Shown: piece after piece, positions 26,836 to 36,159 of the stretch | Layout: each line of letters opens with the position of its first letter | Numbering within the stretch: the stretch's first letter is position 1 | DNA from: an archaeon | Lineage (GTDB): Archaea > Nanobdellota > Nanobdellia > Pacearchaeales > DTIR01 | DNA length: 64,000 nt | Assembly (NCBI GenBank): GCA_043808285.1 | Contig: JAZDFA010000012.1 | Coordinates: forward strand, 312-64,311 | Direction: 5' to 3' | Made by a program: the position numbers and the translations under genes | Notes under the pieces: model-generated | What the model was told of the DNA's origin: nothing | Database searches by the model: none | What the model saw: the letters and a program-made list of their open reading frames with translations, nothing else

Positions 26836-27190
26836 TCTTCCCCCACCTGCCCACGTTACGGTTGATAATTGACGTGAAATCAAGCAGTATAGGAGCAAGG
26901 CTCACGAGTTGTTTTTTTGGTTTGCAGACGGGGTTTTTCTTTGTTGGCAGAGGAGTATTCTTTTGACACTTGAATTGTTTCTTTACGCATAACTCAGATT
27001 TGCTTCCCCCTATCTTCAACCCCCGAAAAATATCCTCCCCCATTTCCATCCTTGCCCCCACTCAAAAGCCCTTACTCCTAACATCTTTACGACGACTAAA
27101 TTAAATAATTATTAATCCACTTGGTTGTTTAGCAGTTAATGGAGTAAGGTTACTCAATGTTTTTTTTTGGATTTAGCAGAATTAGTGTAA
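26836..27190 (+). repeat. intergenic repeat family, locus a (one full unit plus the start of a second)
   Basis: The blocks are collinear with loci b, c and d: cccccacctgcccacgttacgg, aagcagtataggagcaaggc, tttgcaga, acacttgaattgttt, cgcataactcagatttg, gcccttactcctaac, ctaaattaaataattattaa, then gtttagcagttaatggagtaagg + T9. Confidence 0.8.
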
Positions 27191-27191
27191 T

Positions 27192-27728
27192 TCAGATATC
27201 AATTGTCTTATCAGCAAACATTTCAAGGTCTGCCCTTAATATCTTGATATCTGCTTCTGGAATAGAGTTTCTCTTTAACACTATAAACACCTTTTTTGTA
27301 TCCTGCTGCTCAGAAACAAGGTTATGTGTAAATTTGATTATCTCAGAATTCTCCTGATATATCAGCAAGCTTGAGACAGTATCGAAGAATATTATCTTGC
27401 ATTTTTCTTTTGCGAGGACTTCTTTTAAGGCATAATTTACACTTGCTAGGTTCACAGGAGAAGGCAGGAAGAGGCAATTTTTTTCTTTAGCATGTTCGCC
27501 ATAATAACTGCTCAACGTATCTATAAAGAAGAATCTTTTTATATCTATACCCTCTTCTTTGAAGTTATTTGCAACATCCTTATAAGGCCTGCTTAAGCAG
27601 ACAAAGCAGATTTTGCATTTGGTTTTTTTTACAAATTTTATCATATCCCTTAATTTCTTAAGATAGCCCTCCTCATCAAGAAGCACAAGGGCAAAATTAT
27701 GCTTTGTTATATCCTGAAGTAAGTTCAT
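27192..27728 (-). CDS. KaiC-fold protein lacking a P-loop (DUF835-like)
   Basis: This 178-aa protein is a paralog of 27970..28479 and 49037..49591. The shared motifs are ICFVCLSRP, FFIDT, SPVNL, IIFFDTVSSLLIYQ and DLEMFADKTIDI. There is no GxxxxGK[ST]. Confidence 0.6.
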   Translation of the reverse strand: MNLLQDITKHNFALVLLDEEGYLKKLRDMIKFVKKTKCKICFVCLSRPYKDVANNFKEEGIDIKRFFFIDTLSSYYGEHAKEKNCLFLPSPVNLASVNYALKEVLAKEKCKIIFFDTVSSLLIYQENSEIIKFTHNLVSEQQDTKKVFIVLKRNSIPEADIKILRADLEMFADKTIDI

Positions 27729-27969
27729 TGTTTCACCTTTTTTTTTTGATAGTATGCTATCAGAGTATTATGGAGCCGATTATTTAAATATTTCTAATTA
27801 TTCCTATTTTTAGCACTTTTATTAGCTATTCTGGATAAATATGCAATATTATAGGATAATCACCCCGTATCTGCTTCATAACTATAATATGCATTGTTTA
27901 GGCGTTATCAAAAAACAAAACTACAACATTTATTTAAACATGTGTTGAAATTAAGAAGCAGCAAGACTA

Positions 27970-28479
27970 TCATAACGTAATTGTATTGTCAGCAAACATT
28001 TCCAAGTCCTTGACAAGCGTTTGGGCTATGTCTTCTTTTGGGCAGGGAAAAATGCCTTTGCATGATGAGTTTCTTATCTTCCCTATGACTGACTGGGCAA
28101 ACTGTATCACAAGGATTTCTTTGTTGTATGCAAGAAGGGTTGAAAGCGAGTCGAATATGATAGCATCAACTTTCTCTTCAGCCAATAATTTCGTTATAGA
28201 CAAGCTAATTCTGAATAAATCGCTTGGCGAGGATACTGGGATGCAGTTTTTTATTTCCCCCCGGCATTGAGATATGCAGTCAACAAATGCTATTTTGTCT
28301 TCATCTATCTTGCCTTTTAAGAGAGAAGAAAGAACTGCAGGAGACCTATTCAAGCAGACATATCCTATTTTTTTGAATTTTACCTCTTTTAGAATCTTTC
28401 CGATCTCATTGGAATATTTATTGTTAGGTATCAACAATAGTGTTATCTGATTACTTTCTATTTCCTTTTTTATCTCCAT
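27970..28479 (-). CDS. KaiC-fold protein lacking a P-loop (DUF835-like), paralog
   Basis: This 169-aa protein carries IGYVCLNRSP, AFVDC, SPSDL, IIFDSLSTLLAYN and DLEMFADNTITL. Confidence 0.6.
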   Translation of the reverse strand: MEIKKEIESNQITLLLIPNNKYSNEIGKILKEVKFKKIGYVCLNRSPAVLSSLLKGKIDEDKIAFVDCISQCRGEIKNCIPVSSPSDLFRISLSITKLLAEEKVDAIIFDSLSTLLAYNKEILVIQFAQSVIGKIRNSSCKGIFPCPKEDIAQTLVKDLEMFADNTITL

Positions 28480-29275
28480 TTTTTTCTTTCTCGCTGATTT
28501 TTCGATATTTTTCCTGCATCAATGGAAGCAGCTCTTCAATTTCTATTATCCTTTGCTGGTATCTCTCTATTGATTGGGTATACCTTTCTTTAGACATCGA
28601 ATTTGTCTCGAAATAATCCTGCTGTGCTTCTTTTATAAGAGAGATTATTGTTTCTTTCTCTTTTTTAAGATTCCTTATCTTCACTTTCAGGATTATTGAT
28701 GATGCTATCCTGCCAATGAGCGACAATATTATAATTGCCGCTATAAAAGCAGGGATTAGTATATACCAGTATTTCTTGAGAATATAAATAGCTTTCTCTC
28801 TAATCTGCGTTTTTCTTATTGATTTAATAAGGAAGGGCTGGCTTTCAATCTCGTTTATCTTTTGATATATGTTTTGGATTGTGTTTTCAGCATCTTCGTA
28901 CCTGTTTTCATCCAATGCATTTTGCCCAGCAGCAATCTCTTCAGAAAATTCATCTTTTTGCAGGTATTTCGATTCTGCTATCTTCTGTTTTGTCTTGTTT
29001 ATGAAATCAGTTATCACAATTGCCCTGTTTTTTGAATCTGCTATCTGCTGTGTTAATTCAGAGACAGATTCATAATCTCCCTCTTCGAAGTAGGAATAGG
29101 CCTCATTAAGAAGGTCATTTGCATAATGGGTGGTAAGCCCTGCATTTCTCATTTCCATTACGCTTTGATTCGCTTTTTCAAGAAGAGGGAGGGCATCTTC
29201 TTTGGAAATAGCTGAAACAAGATTAGACACAATCAGAAATGAAATAACGAAAACAGCGATTAATTTGCCATTCAT
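28451..29275 (-). CDS. membrane-anchored protein: signal peptide, helical hairpins, TM, cytoplasmic SHOCT-like coiled coil
   Basis: The signal peptide is LIAVFVISFLIVSNLVSA. The helical motifs are AYSYFEEGDYESVSELTQQ and NALDENRYEDAENTIQN. The TM helix is ILIPAFIAAIIILSLIG. The tail LIKEAQQDYFETNSMSKERYTQSIERYQQRI is homologous to the tail of the 1374-aa protein. Confidence 0.7.
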   Translation of the reverse strand: MNGKLIAVFVISFLIVSNLVSAISKEDALPLLEKANQSVMEMRNAGLTTHYANDLLNEAYSYFEEGDYESVSELTQQIADSKNRAIVITDFINKTKQKIAESKYLQKDEFSEEIAAGQNALDENRYEDAENTIQNIYQKINEIESQPFLIKSIRKTQIREKAIYILKKYWYILIPAFIAAIIILSLIGRIASSIILKVKIRNLKKEKETIISLIKEAQQDYFETNSMSKERYTQSIERYQQRIIEIEELLPLMQEKYRKISEKEKNGDKKGNRK

Positions 29276-29655
29276 TTTTTTGCCATTATTATGCCTCCGG
29301 CATTGTAAAGAGTGAGTGTTATCTCGCTGTTTTTAGGAGTGATACAAAAGTTTTCAGCAGTTTCGAGGGTAGATATATGGAAAGAAGATATTTTACCGTT
29401 TTCTATGAGATAGAGAACATCATCTTTCTGCATGAAACATACCCTTTCTATGCTTTTCTCAAGAGAAACTGTGTATTTCATTTCGAATCCCTTGCTTAAT
29501 AATCTCATCTCGTCAACTTTTCTTTGCATGAATATAACAAACTCTTCAGAAGGGATAGTCCCAGCACTGTTATTTTTTGATAATAGATAATACGCAGAGA
29601 ATCCTATTGCAATCAATGTTGCAACCAATATCACAATCTTAATCTCTTTTTTCAT
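29272..29655 (-). CDS. small N-terminally anchored protein
   Basis: This 127-aa protein has the N-terminal helix IVILVATLIAIGFSAYYLL and overlaps the downstream gene by 4 nt. Confidence 0.55.
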   Translation of the reverse strand: MKKEIKIVILVATLIAIGFSAYYLLSKNNSAGTIPSEEFVIFMQRKVDEMRLLSKGFEMKYTVSLEKSIERVCFMQKDDVLYLIENGKISSFHISTLETAENFCITPKNSEITLTLYNAGGIIMAKK

Positions 29656-29662
29656 TTCTATA

Positions 29663-32600
29663 TCATGATTTCTTCTTGTTTTCTATCATTTTTATCTGCT
29701 TTTTCAGGTCTATAATTCTTTCGTTATACCCTTCTGATATCTTTTCATAGGCAGAATAGGGAATCTCCTTCCTGTCATAATAACTTGTTTGGAGCTCTTT
29801 TAATGTTTCTTCTATCCTGCAGGACTCTTCTTTAAGCGCTTTCAAATTGCCCTTGTTCTTTATCTGCGAAATAATCTTCGTCCTTGTCTTTAGAGTCTCT
29901 ATTTCTATTGCAGCCATATCCTCCCGATACTTATTTATTGTCTTGTTATAAAGTGCCTCCCCGATTATTCTTTTTTCAAAATACGCTTCCTGTGCCTGCT
30001 TCATCAATTCCAAGATTTTTTCTTTCTTTCTTTTAAACAGCACAATTCTTCTTTTAGACAAAATGATTAATGAGGACTTAGTAATTACTGCAAGCAACAC
30101 AAATACCATGAAAAGCCCTGCTATTGAATACTGCCAATATTTAATTGCAAGATTAAACAGGTACATCATGTCGACAGGTTCACTCTTCTCTATCTCACTT
30201 ACAAGAAGGGCCTGATTTGCCATCTTTAATGCCTCATTATAATCTCCCATGCCGAAAGAATCTATTGCCAATCCTAGAATTTTTATTGTCTGGGAAACAT
30301 CAGCACCGCTAATAATAGCATTTTCTATTCTTTTTCTGCTTTCATTTATCAAATCAGCAGCTAAAACAGCTTTTTCCTTGTCTTCGATAACCTGTTCTGA
30401 AAGTTGGTAAGCTTCCTTGAATCTTCCATCATTAAAAGCTCGGTCTGCCTTGTCAATTATGCTGCTTAAGTAGAATGTGCTATATCCTCTTTCTTGCAAG
30501 GAACTAATGGATTTTTTTGCATCTTTCAATTTGGAAAGGGATTCGTTCCTGTCGAATTCATTTATTGTAAGCAGGAATGTTTTGCTTCTTGTTATTGTTG
30601 AATTGCCGCTTTGGGCATCAACAGAGAAGTTAAGCGTGTATTTCTGATACTGAGAGTATATCGGAGCTTCAATGAGAATAGTGAAATATGTGCTTTCATT
30701 ATATTCCAATCTCACTATTTTATTTGGAGAAATTTTAAAATAATCTTTTTTGTAACCTATCAACTGGGCAGTTATATTTCCTAAACTATTCGTTTTCTCA
30801 AGGGATGTTATTTTTGCCTTTATTGTGACATTCTTCCCACTTATAACCTCATTATCTGAGGAGATAGTTAATAATAATGTGTCAGAGATTATAATTGTTG
30901 TTCCTCCACCGCCCCCTCCTCCCCCTCCAGTACTCCCGCTTGTGCCACCAGAAGGGGTTGATGGGGGATTACTTACCGTAGTAGTTTTCGTGTCAGAATC
31001 AGAAGCTCCCTCACTGCAGTTTACATTAACGCTTATTGATTGGGTGCCGGTAGAAGCAGTGCTTCCTATATCTACTGAAACAGAGTGAGTTGTCAGACCC
31101 CCCACACTAAGATTGCCTATGCTTTCACTGAGATGTCTTCCTGTCCATCCAGAAGGAATTGTCCAGCTAATATTAACATTAGTGGCGGTGGCATTTCCAA
31201 GATTATAAATTGTAGCAGTCATATTGCTTAAATGGTCTCCGATGGTAACAGTTGAATCGTAAACAGTTATCAACGCATAAAGATGTGGGCCGGAAAGATA
31301 GGTTGAGAGGGTTGTATTAGAAAACCTAAATCTGGGGGAGGCAGTATCATTTGTAGAATTCACAAGAACTTTTATAGCATATTCTGAGGCAGTCAGAGGG
31401 CAGGTAGCATTTACTTCCAATACCTTAATTTGTTTTGCACTAAGCGAGAAAGAACTACTTTCATTGAACCATATTAAAGGGGTGGTGCCATAAGAGCTTA
31501 ACTGGAATTCCAAGGCATAATCTCCAGTATTATTTATTGTAAGATTAAAAAGAGTAATATTTGTTTCTATTACTCCACCGATTGCATCTGTTGTTGCGGG
31601 GGAGAGAATCCAGGAATAATCGTAGTAAACAGACACATTTATTGCATTGCTGCTATTAGCATTATTTGACCAATCTTTTGTCAGGATTTTGAAACTCCAA
31701 TTTCCTTCGCTGTTAGGGGTTATATTCTCGATAAAAATATTAAGAGAGGAATTTATCATGCTTTGATTAGTCCACGAGGATTCTGTTGAATTCTTATACT
31801 GAAGTGTTGCATTTGCAACACCTCCAAAATCAGTGATATTCACAGTAATAGACAAGAGAATATTTGGGTCTATTACATCAGCATTACTGGGAGTATAAGA
31901 AACAGACTCTATAATCGGGGAGAATGTGTCATTAACTGTAAAGTTGATCGCTGAGGTGTAATTCTGGTTATTCAATGAGTCGTTTAGATATATCCTAAAT
32001 GAGATGTTTCCTGCTCTGGAGGGGGAGAAGGTATAATTGTAAAGATTGCTTCCCTCATAATTCATAGTATGGTTAGCAGAATCATATTCCACAGATACAC
32101 TAGAAACATAACTTCCTTGGTCAGTTACAGTAACTTTAATTGTCTGATTATTCCCCACCTCTATACTTGATGAATAAGTAATATTGCTGTAGGCTGGCGC
32201 AATGTTATCCAAGCTGAAAGATATTGAAGAAACTTCAAGATGACCCAAGGAATTAGCGGCATATACTGTAATATTGTTTAAGCTGTTTATTGATATCCTA
32301 TCCCTGTATCTGTAAGAGTCATAAATCCTGAAAAGAAAATCCCTTGAACTATTAATGCTTGATTCTCCGAAAGGATATATTCCATTGTCGTTTGTTTCCC
32401 ATTCGTAATGATTTGATGCAGAACTGCTTCCATTCAGGAAAATCCAGTATTTTGTATTTGCCTGAATCCTTACAGTTGCATTCAAGGTTATATTCACCCA
32501 TGTGAAGCCCGCAGTATCTATGCTGCTATTACTGAAGTTGCCTATGCCTATTACTGAATTTAGAGGTGTAGAATTTCCAATCATTATTTGAACCGTTGCA

Positions 32601-33787
32601 TTCTGGGAACCTGTTCCGGCCATTCTCAGCCGAATAGAGATATTTGATATGTCCATTGTTTCCTGGGGAGTAAATGACTGGGAGATATTGAGGTAGTTCT
32701 CATTAGATTCGTTAAGCCCTGAATCGCTGGAATCAAGAGAGATATTCAATACATTCGAGAGAGTGGTATTCCCAAGATAATTAAGGTTGTAGGAAACAAG
32801 ATTGATTGTCGAGTTTGCATCATTGGAGATTATGGTGAGATTTAAATCAATGAGAGTAGCATTGAACAAGCTGCCATTTGAAGGGTTCACAAATGTTATT
32901 GTGATATTTGGAAGAATATTAACTGTCCTTTTTGTAGTGATATTCTGATTGCCGTAGGTGTCATTGACAATCAGATAGTAGCTGTATTGCCCGGCAGACA
33001 GCCCGTATTTTGTTATATTGGTATAATTGCCGATATAGTAATAAGTTTCATTAGCCCCGTTCCAATTCAGAGTTATAGTATCTGGATGAGATTCTACATG
33101 AGAAACATTTATCAGGAATGTCCTGGATGTCTGGTTGCTGTTATTAGCAGGAGTGGGAGAGATTATGTCAACTAATGGATTTGTAACATCCGGAGACTCT
33201 GCCTGAACAAGAAAAGTTACATCATCTGTATCAGAATAAATTTCATGACCATTATAACCGCATGTTTGGTTTGAGGCAGCAGTATATGCTATAGCCCCTC
33301 TTATTGAATGATTTCCTGCTAGGTTATCTAGAGTTATGTTTATACTTTTATTGACCCATGATGCAGTATTGCATGTAGCCCCATATATTACTTTCCAGAG
33401 ATTTGGATTTGATGAGCAGTCTTCTGTGCTGTTGCAATAAACTATATTCATCATGTCATATGCATCATTGTCACAATTATAGCTGACAATTATCTGAACT
33501 GTATCTCCCTTAACAAAAATGCTCCTGTTAAGTGAGGTGATAAATATGTCATGAACCCATTCCCAAACAACCTCACTCCCATCAGAGCAGGAATCAATGG
33601 TGTTCCATCCAGGTTCGGCAGGGGCGGTATTTCTTATGCCATCTGAAGTAACTCCCCGACAATTTGTTCCACAGGAGCACGGGGAAGAAGTGCAGAAATT
33701 TCCAGTAGTTGCATAAACAGAATTAGAAAAAAATAGGAGGAGGAGTATAGCTCCCAAGACATAACACCATTGTTTTATCTTTATCAT
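29663..33787 (-). CDS. giant sequon-rich surface protein (1374 aa) with poly-Gly hinge, Ig-like domain, helical hairpins, TM and cytoplasmic coiled coil
   Basis: The signal peptide is LGAILLLLFFSNSVYA. The protein has dense N-x-S/T sequons, Ig-like repeats (D.F.P.I....Y.P...) and a CARDB-like LTINNTGDYALEF segment. The hinge is GGTSGSTGGGGGGGGGTT (~30900-30965). Helical motifs are RAFNDGRFKEAYQLSEQ and SFGMGDYNEALKMANQA. The TM helix is IAGLFMVFVLLAVI. The tail carries two SHOCT-like motifs. Confidence 0.9.
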   Translation of the reverse strand: MIKIKQWCYVLGAILLLLFFSNSVYATTGNFCTSSPCSCGTNCRGVTSDGIRNTAPAEPGWNTIDSCSDGSEVVWEWVHDIFITSLNRSIFVKGDTVQIIVSYNCDNDAYDMMNIVYCNSTEDCSSNPNLWKVIYGATCNTASWVNKSINITLDNLAGNHSIRGAIAYTAASNQTCGYNGHEIYSDTDDVTFLVQAESPDVTNPLVDIISPTPANNSNQTSRTFLINVSHVESHPDTITLNWNGANETYYYIGNYTNITKYGLSAGQYSYYLIVNDTYGNQNITTKRTVNILPNITITFVNPSNGSLFNATLIDLNLTIISNDANSTINLVSYNLNYLGNTTLSNVLNISLDSSDSGLNESNENYLNISQSFTPQETMDISNISIRLRMAGTGSQNATVQIMIGNSTPLNSVIGIGNFSNSSIDTAGFTWVNITLNATVRIQANTKYWIFLNGSSSASNHYEWETNDNGIYPFGESSINSSRDFLFRIYDSYRYRDRISINSLNNITVYAANSLGHLEVSSISFSLDNIAPAYSNITYSSSIEVGNNQTIKVTVTDQGSYVSSVSVEYDSANHTMNYEGSNLYNYTFSPSRAGNISFRIYLNDSLNNQNYTSAINFTVNDTFSPIIESVSYTPSNADVIDPNILLSITVNITDFGGVANATLQYKNSTESSWTNQSMINSSLNIFIENITPNSEGNWSFKILTKDWSNNANSSNAINVSVYYDYSWILSPATTDAIGGVIETNITLFNLTINNTGDYALEFQLSSYGTTPLIWFNESSSFSLSAKQIKVLEVNATCPLTASEYAIKVLVNSTNDTASPRFRFSNTTLSTYLSGPHLYALITVYDSTVTIGDHLSNMTATIYNLGNATATNVNISWTIPSGWTGRHLSESIGNLSVGGLTTHSVSVDIGSTASTGTQSISVNVNCSEGASDSDTKTTTVSNPPSTPSGGTSGSTGGGGGGGGGTTIIISDTLLLTISSDNEVISGKNVTIKAKITSLEKTNSLGNITAQLIGYKKDYFKISPNKIVRLEYNESTYFTILIEAPIYSQYQKYTLNFSVDAQSGNSTITRSKTFLLTINEFDRNESLSKLKDAKKSISSLQERGYSTFYLSSIIDKADRAFNDGRFKEAYQLSEQVIEDKEKAVLAADLINESRKRIENAIISGADVSQTIKILGLAIDSFGMGDYNEALKMANQALLVSEIEKSEPVDMMYLFNLAIKYWQYSIAGLFMVFVLLAVITKSSLIILSKRRIVLFKRKKEKILELMKQAQEAYFEKRIIGEALYNKTINKYREDMAAIEIETLKTRTKIISQIKNKGNLKALKEESCRIEETLKELQTSYYDRKEIPYSAYEKISEGYNERIIDLKKQIKMIENKKKS

Positions 33788-33804
33788 TCATTTATTTTTC
33801 CTTT

Positions 33805-34671
33805 TTAGGGTTTTGCTTTTATTTCTTCCACGAAAATATCCTCTGAAGGGTATATTTCCATGCCTTTCCCCTCTATAATATCAAGAGGCACTATCTTCTT
33901 CTTATGCTGAGCGCCTCTTAGTTTCACTATCTCCATTGCACTTGTCCTATTGCCGCCCTGAACAAGGTTATAAAAAGAGATTATAGCATCTGCCAAAAAT
34001 TCTTCAACACCTGAATTGCTGTATCTTTCTGAAGTTTGCTGAACCTCACTTATAAGGAATGAAGTAACATTCAATTTTTCAAGGACTTTAAAGAGCTGTT
34101 CTATATAGACCCTGTAACCGTCTTCTTTTCCAATGAATGCGGCAGATATAGCACTAAGAGAATCAAGAACAATTATTGAGGGGGTAAATCCTGGAGGAAT
34201 AAGCTCCTTGATGTGGTCTATTTTTATCAAAAGCTCTCCTCTTGCTTCGGCAAGAAGCCCTTCTATAGAACGGGAGATTAAGAACGGATCCATTCTTTTT
34301 ATCATAAGAGTTCCTTTTTTTTCAAGTTCATCTGGTTTGAGACCATATTTTCTCATATGTTCCTTTAATCTTTCCTCGCTTTCTTCGAATGAGAGATAGA
34401 GGCACTTTTCGTTTCTTGAAGCAAGATTATTCAAGAGATGAAGGCAGAAAGTTGTTTTTCCAGTTCCGGGACCACCGCAAACCAAGATAGAAATACCTCT
34501 TGGTATTCCTCCCTCAATCATCTGATCAAATCCGGGGATACCCAAATTGAGCTTATCAGAAACCTCCTTCACTGCTTTTTTATTTTGCTTTTTATTGTTT
34601 TTCAGAGAAACCTTTTTTGCTTTCTTCAACTTATTCATGCCTTTTTTACTAATATGCCCTCTTTTCACCAT
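33805..34671 (-). CDS. KaiC-like ATPase with a basic N-terminal extension
   Basis: GIPGFDQMIEGGIPRGISILVCGGPGTGKTTFCLHLL contains Walker A. IIVLDSLS is the Walker B-like segment. It is the first gene of the minus-strand surface module. Confidence 0.85.
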   Translation of the reverse strand: MVKRGHISKKGMNKLKKAKKVSLKNNKKQNKKAVKEVSDKLNLGIPGFDQMIEGGIPRGISILVCGGPGTGKTTFCLHLLNNLASRNEKCLYLSFEESEERLKEHMRKYGLKPDELEKKGTLMIKRMDPFLISRSIEGLLAEARGELLIKIDHIKELIPPGFTPSIIVLDSLSAISAAFIGKEDGYRVYIEQLFKVLEKLNVTSFLISEVQQTSERYSNSGVEEFLADAIISFYNLVQGGNRTSAMEIVKLRGAQHKKKIVPLDIIEGKGMEIYPSEDIFVEEIKAKP

Positions 34672-34763
34672 TTTTTATGTAAAGATAAAGCGCTCTTTAT
34701 TTTAAAATCCTTTCTTTTTGCATTATTTCTCTTTAGAGGGTTTTTAAGAGAATAATAATTCTT

Positions 34764-35160
34764 TTTTACGCCCCAACTAATTCATCCACGAGTGTTCAAC
34801 GTTTTCTAATGGACGTGGTTGTTTAGCAGTGTAAGGAGTAGGGCTCACCGAATTGTTTTTTCTTGCTTTGCAGATAAAAATTTATTCTGATTCAAAACAA
34901 AAGAAGAAGCCCCATCTTTTCTGCCTTACTCCATTAAAACCTAAAAACGTCGAATAATTAGAAATTTTTAATAGTTGTATTTTTCCGCTTTTAGCAGTTT
35001 CGGAGTAATGGCTTACGAATTGTTTTTTCTTGGTTTTGAAGAGGGGAGATTTTTTTATACTTGAATTATCCAAGAAATTTTACCCTTAAGAATCCTTTTT
35101 GCCCACCTTTACTGCCCCCTAACTAACTAAACGACAGATAATTAGTAATTATAAACAGAA
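34764..35160 (+). repeat. intergenic repeat family, locus b (two shortened units)
   Basis: Its sequence runs tttacgccccaac...ccacg...cgtgg, gtttagcagtgtaaggagtagggc + T6, tttgcaga, ctgccttactcc, cgaataattag, ttttagcagtttcggagtaatggc + T6, acttgaatt, ctttactgccccctaac, acgacagataattagtaatta. It lies between divergent genes. Confidence 0.7.
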
Positions 35161-35254
35161 TAAGTATCTAATACTTTTCCTCTTGGTTAACTTTATATAT
35201 CTTTTTAACCTCTTCATACAAGGTAAAAAATGACGATTAATAAGGAGTAATTAA

Positions 35255-36130
35255 ATGGGCAAAAATTGGATTATTTTTTGCATAATTTTGATAGTTGCAA
35301 ACTCATTTGTAGGAGCAGAAATATTCATTGATTATGACCATGAGGCGATGCTGATGCCAGATTCAAGCGTAAATCTGCCTGTTTTAATAACAAATTTTGG
35401 AGGCAGCATGATGGAGGCAGAGGTAACATGCAGTTATCCTAGCAATATAACTACGAAATGCATAGATTCACTAACTCTAAATCCTTATGAGATGAAATCA
35501 ATAAATCTTGTTGCAAAATCTGGAGGAGATTTGGGAGTATTTCCGCTAGGTTTCAAAATAGGCGATTTGCTGGGAAGCATAAACATAAGGGTTAGCAACG
35601 CTCCTGTCTCTTTATTGAATATACTTAATGATTACAATTATTCCTTGTCGGAGCTAAAGAAAAGCGAGAGAACAAATGCAGAAGAAATAGAAAATGCATT
35701 ATTCTCGCTAGGTAATGCGTATTCTTTTTATTCAAATGGCAATTATTACAAGGCGAATGAATTGGCTGGGGAACTGGGATTGAAACTTGGAAATCTTTCG
35801 AAGAAAACATCTGAAGTGGAGATATCAAGAGTTAGAGGGTTAGTGGGCTTCTCAATAGCAGACACTGCAGACAATATTTATACCTCTGCAGAGCCATACT
35901 CTTATCTTATAATCCCCCTAATATTAGCAGTTTTTATTGCATTGGCAATAATTTCACATAATCTTCCTAAGGCGATAAGAAAGGAAAAATTAAGCTTTAG
36001 GCAAGGAATATCCGGAGTAAGCAAGGAGTTAATACCAGAGAGAATAGAACAGAAAACATTTAGAAATCCTTTTAGAAAATCAAAGAATAAAAAGAAATCT
36101 AACAGCATGCTAAATGAATTATTTGAATAG
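35255..36130 (+). CDS. anchored surface protein: signal peptide, Ig-like domain, helical hairpin, TM, basic tail
   Basis: An AAGGAG Shine-Dalgarno site precedes the ATG. The signal peptide is IIFCIILIVANSFVGA. The CARDB-like segment is VNLPVLITNFGGSMMEAEV. The helical motif is AYSFYSNGNYYKANELAGE and the TM helix is LIIPLILAVFIALAII. Confidence 0.75.
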   Translation: MGKNWIIFCIILIVANSFVGAEIFIDYDHEAMLMPDSSVNLPVLITNFGGSMMEAEVTCSYPSNITTKCIDSLTLNPYEMKSINLVAKSGGDLGVFPLGFKIGDLLGSINIRVSNAPVSLLNILNDYNYSLSELKKSERTNAEEIENALFSLGNAYSFYSNGNYYKANELAGELGLKLGNLSKKTSEVEISRVRGLVGFSIADTADNIYTSAEPYSYLIIPLILAVFIALAIISHNLPKAIRKEKLSFRQGISGVSKELIPERIEQKTFRNPFRKSKNKKKSNSMLNELFE

Positions 36131-36159
36131 ACTTAATAATCAAAAAAACAGAGGTGAAA

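Noticed and set aside
26825-27061. ORFs lie inside the intergenic repeat loci: 26825..27061 minus, 34882..35073 minus and 27157..27357 plus.
   Set aside because: They are not conserved as reading frames among the four repeat loci. Their Gly/Lys-rich translations derive from the C-tracts and A/T runs. They are probably non-coding.
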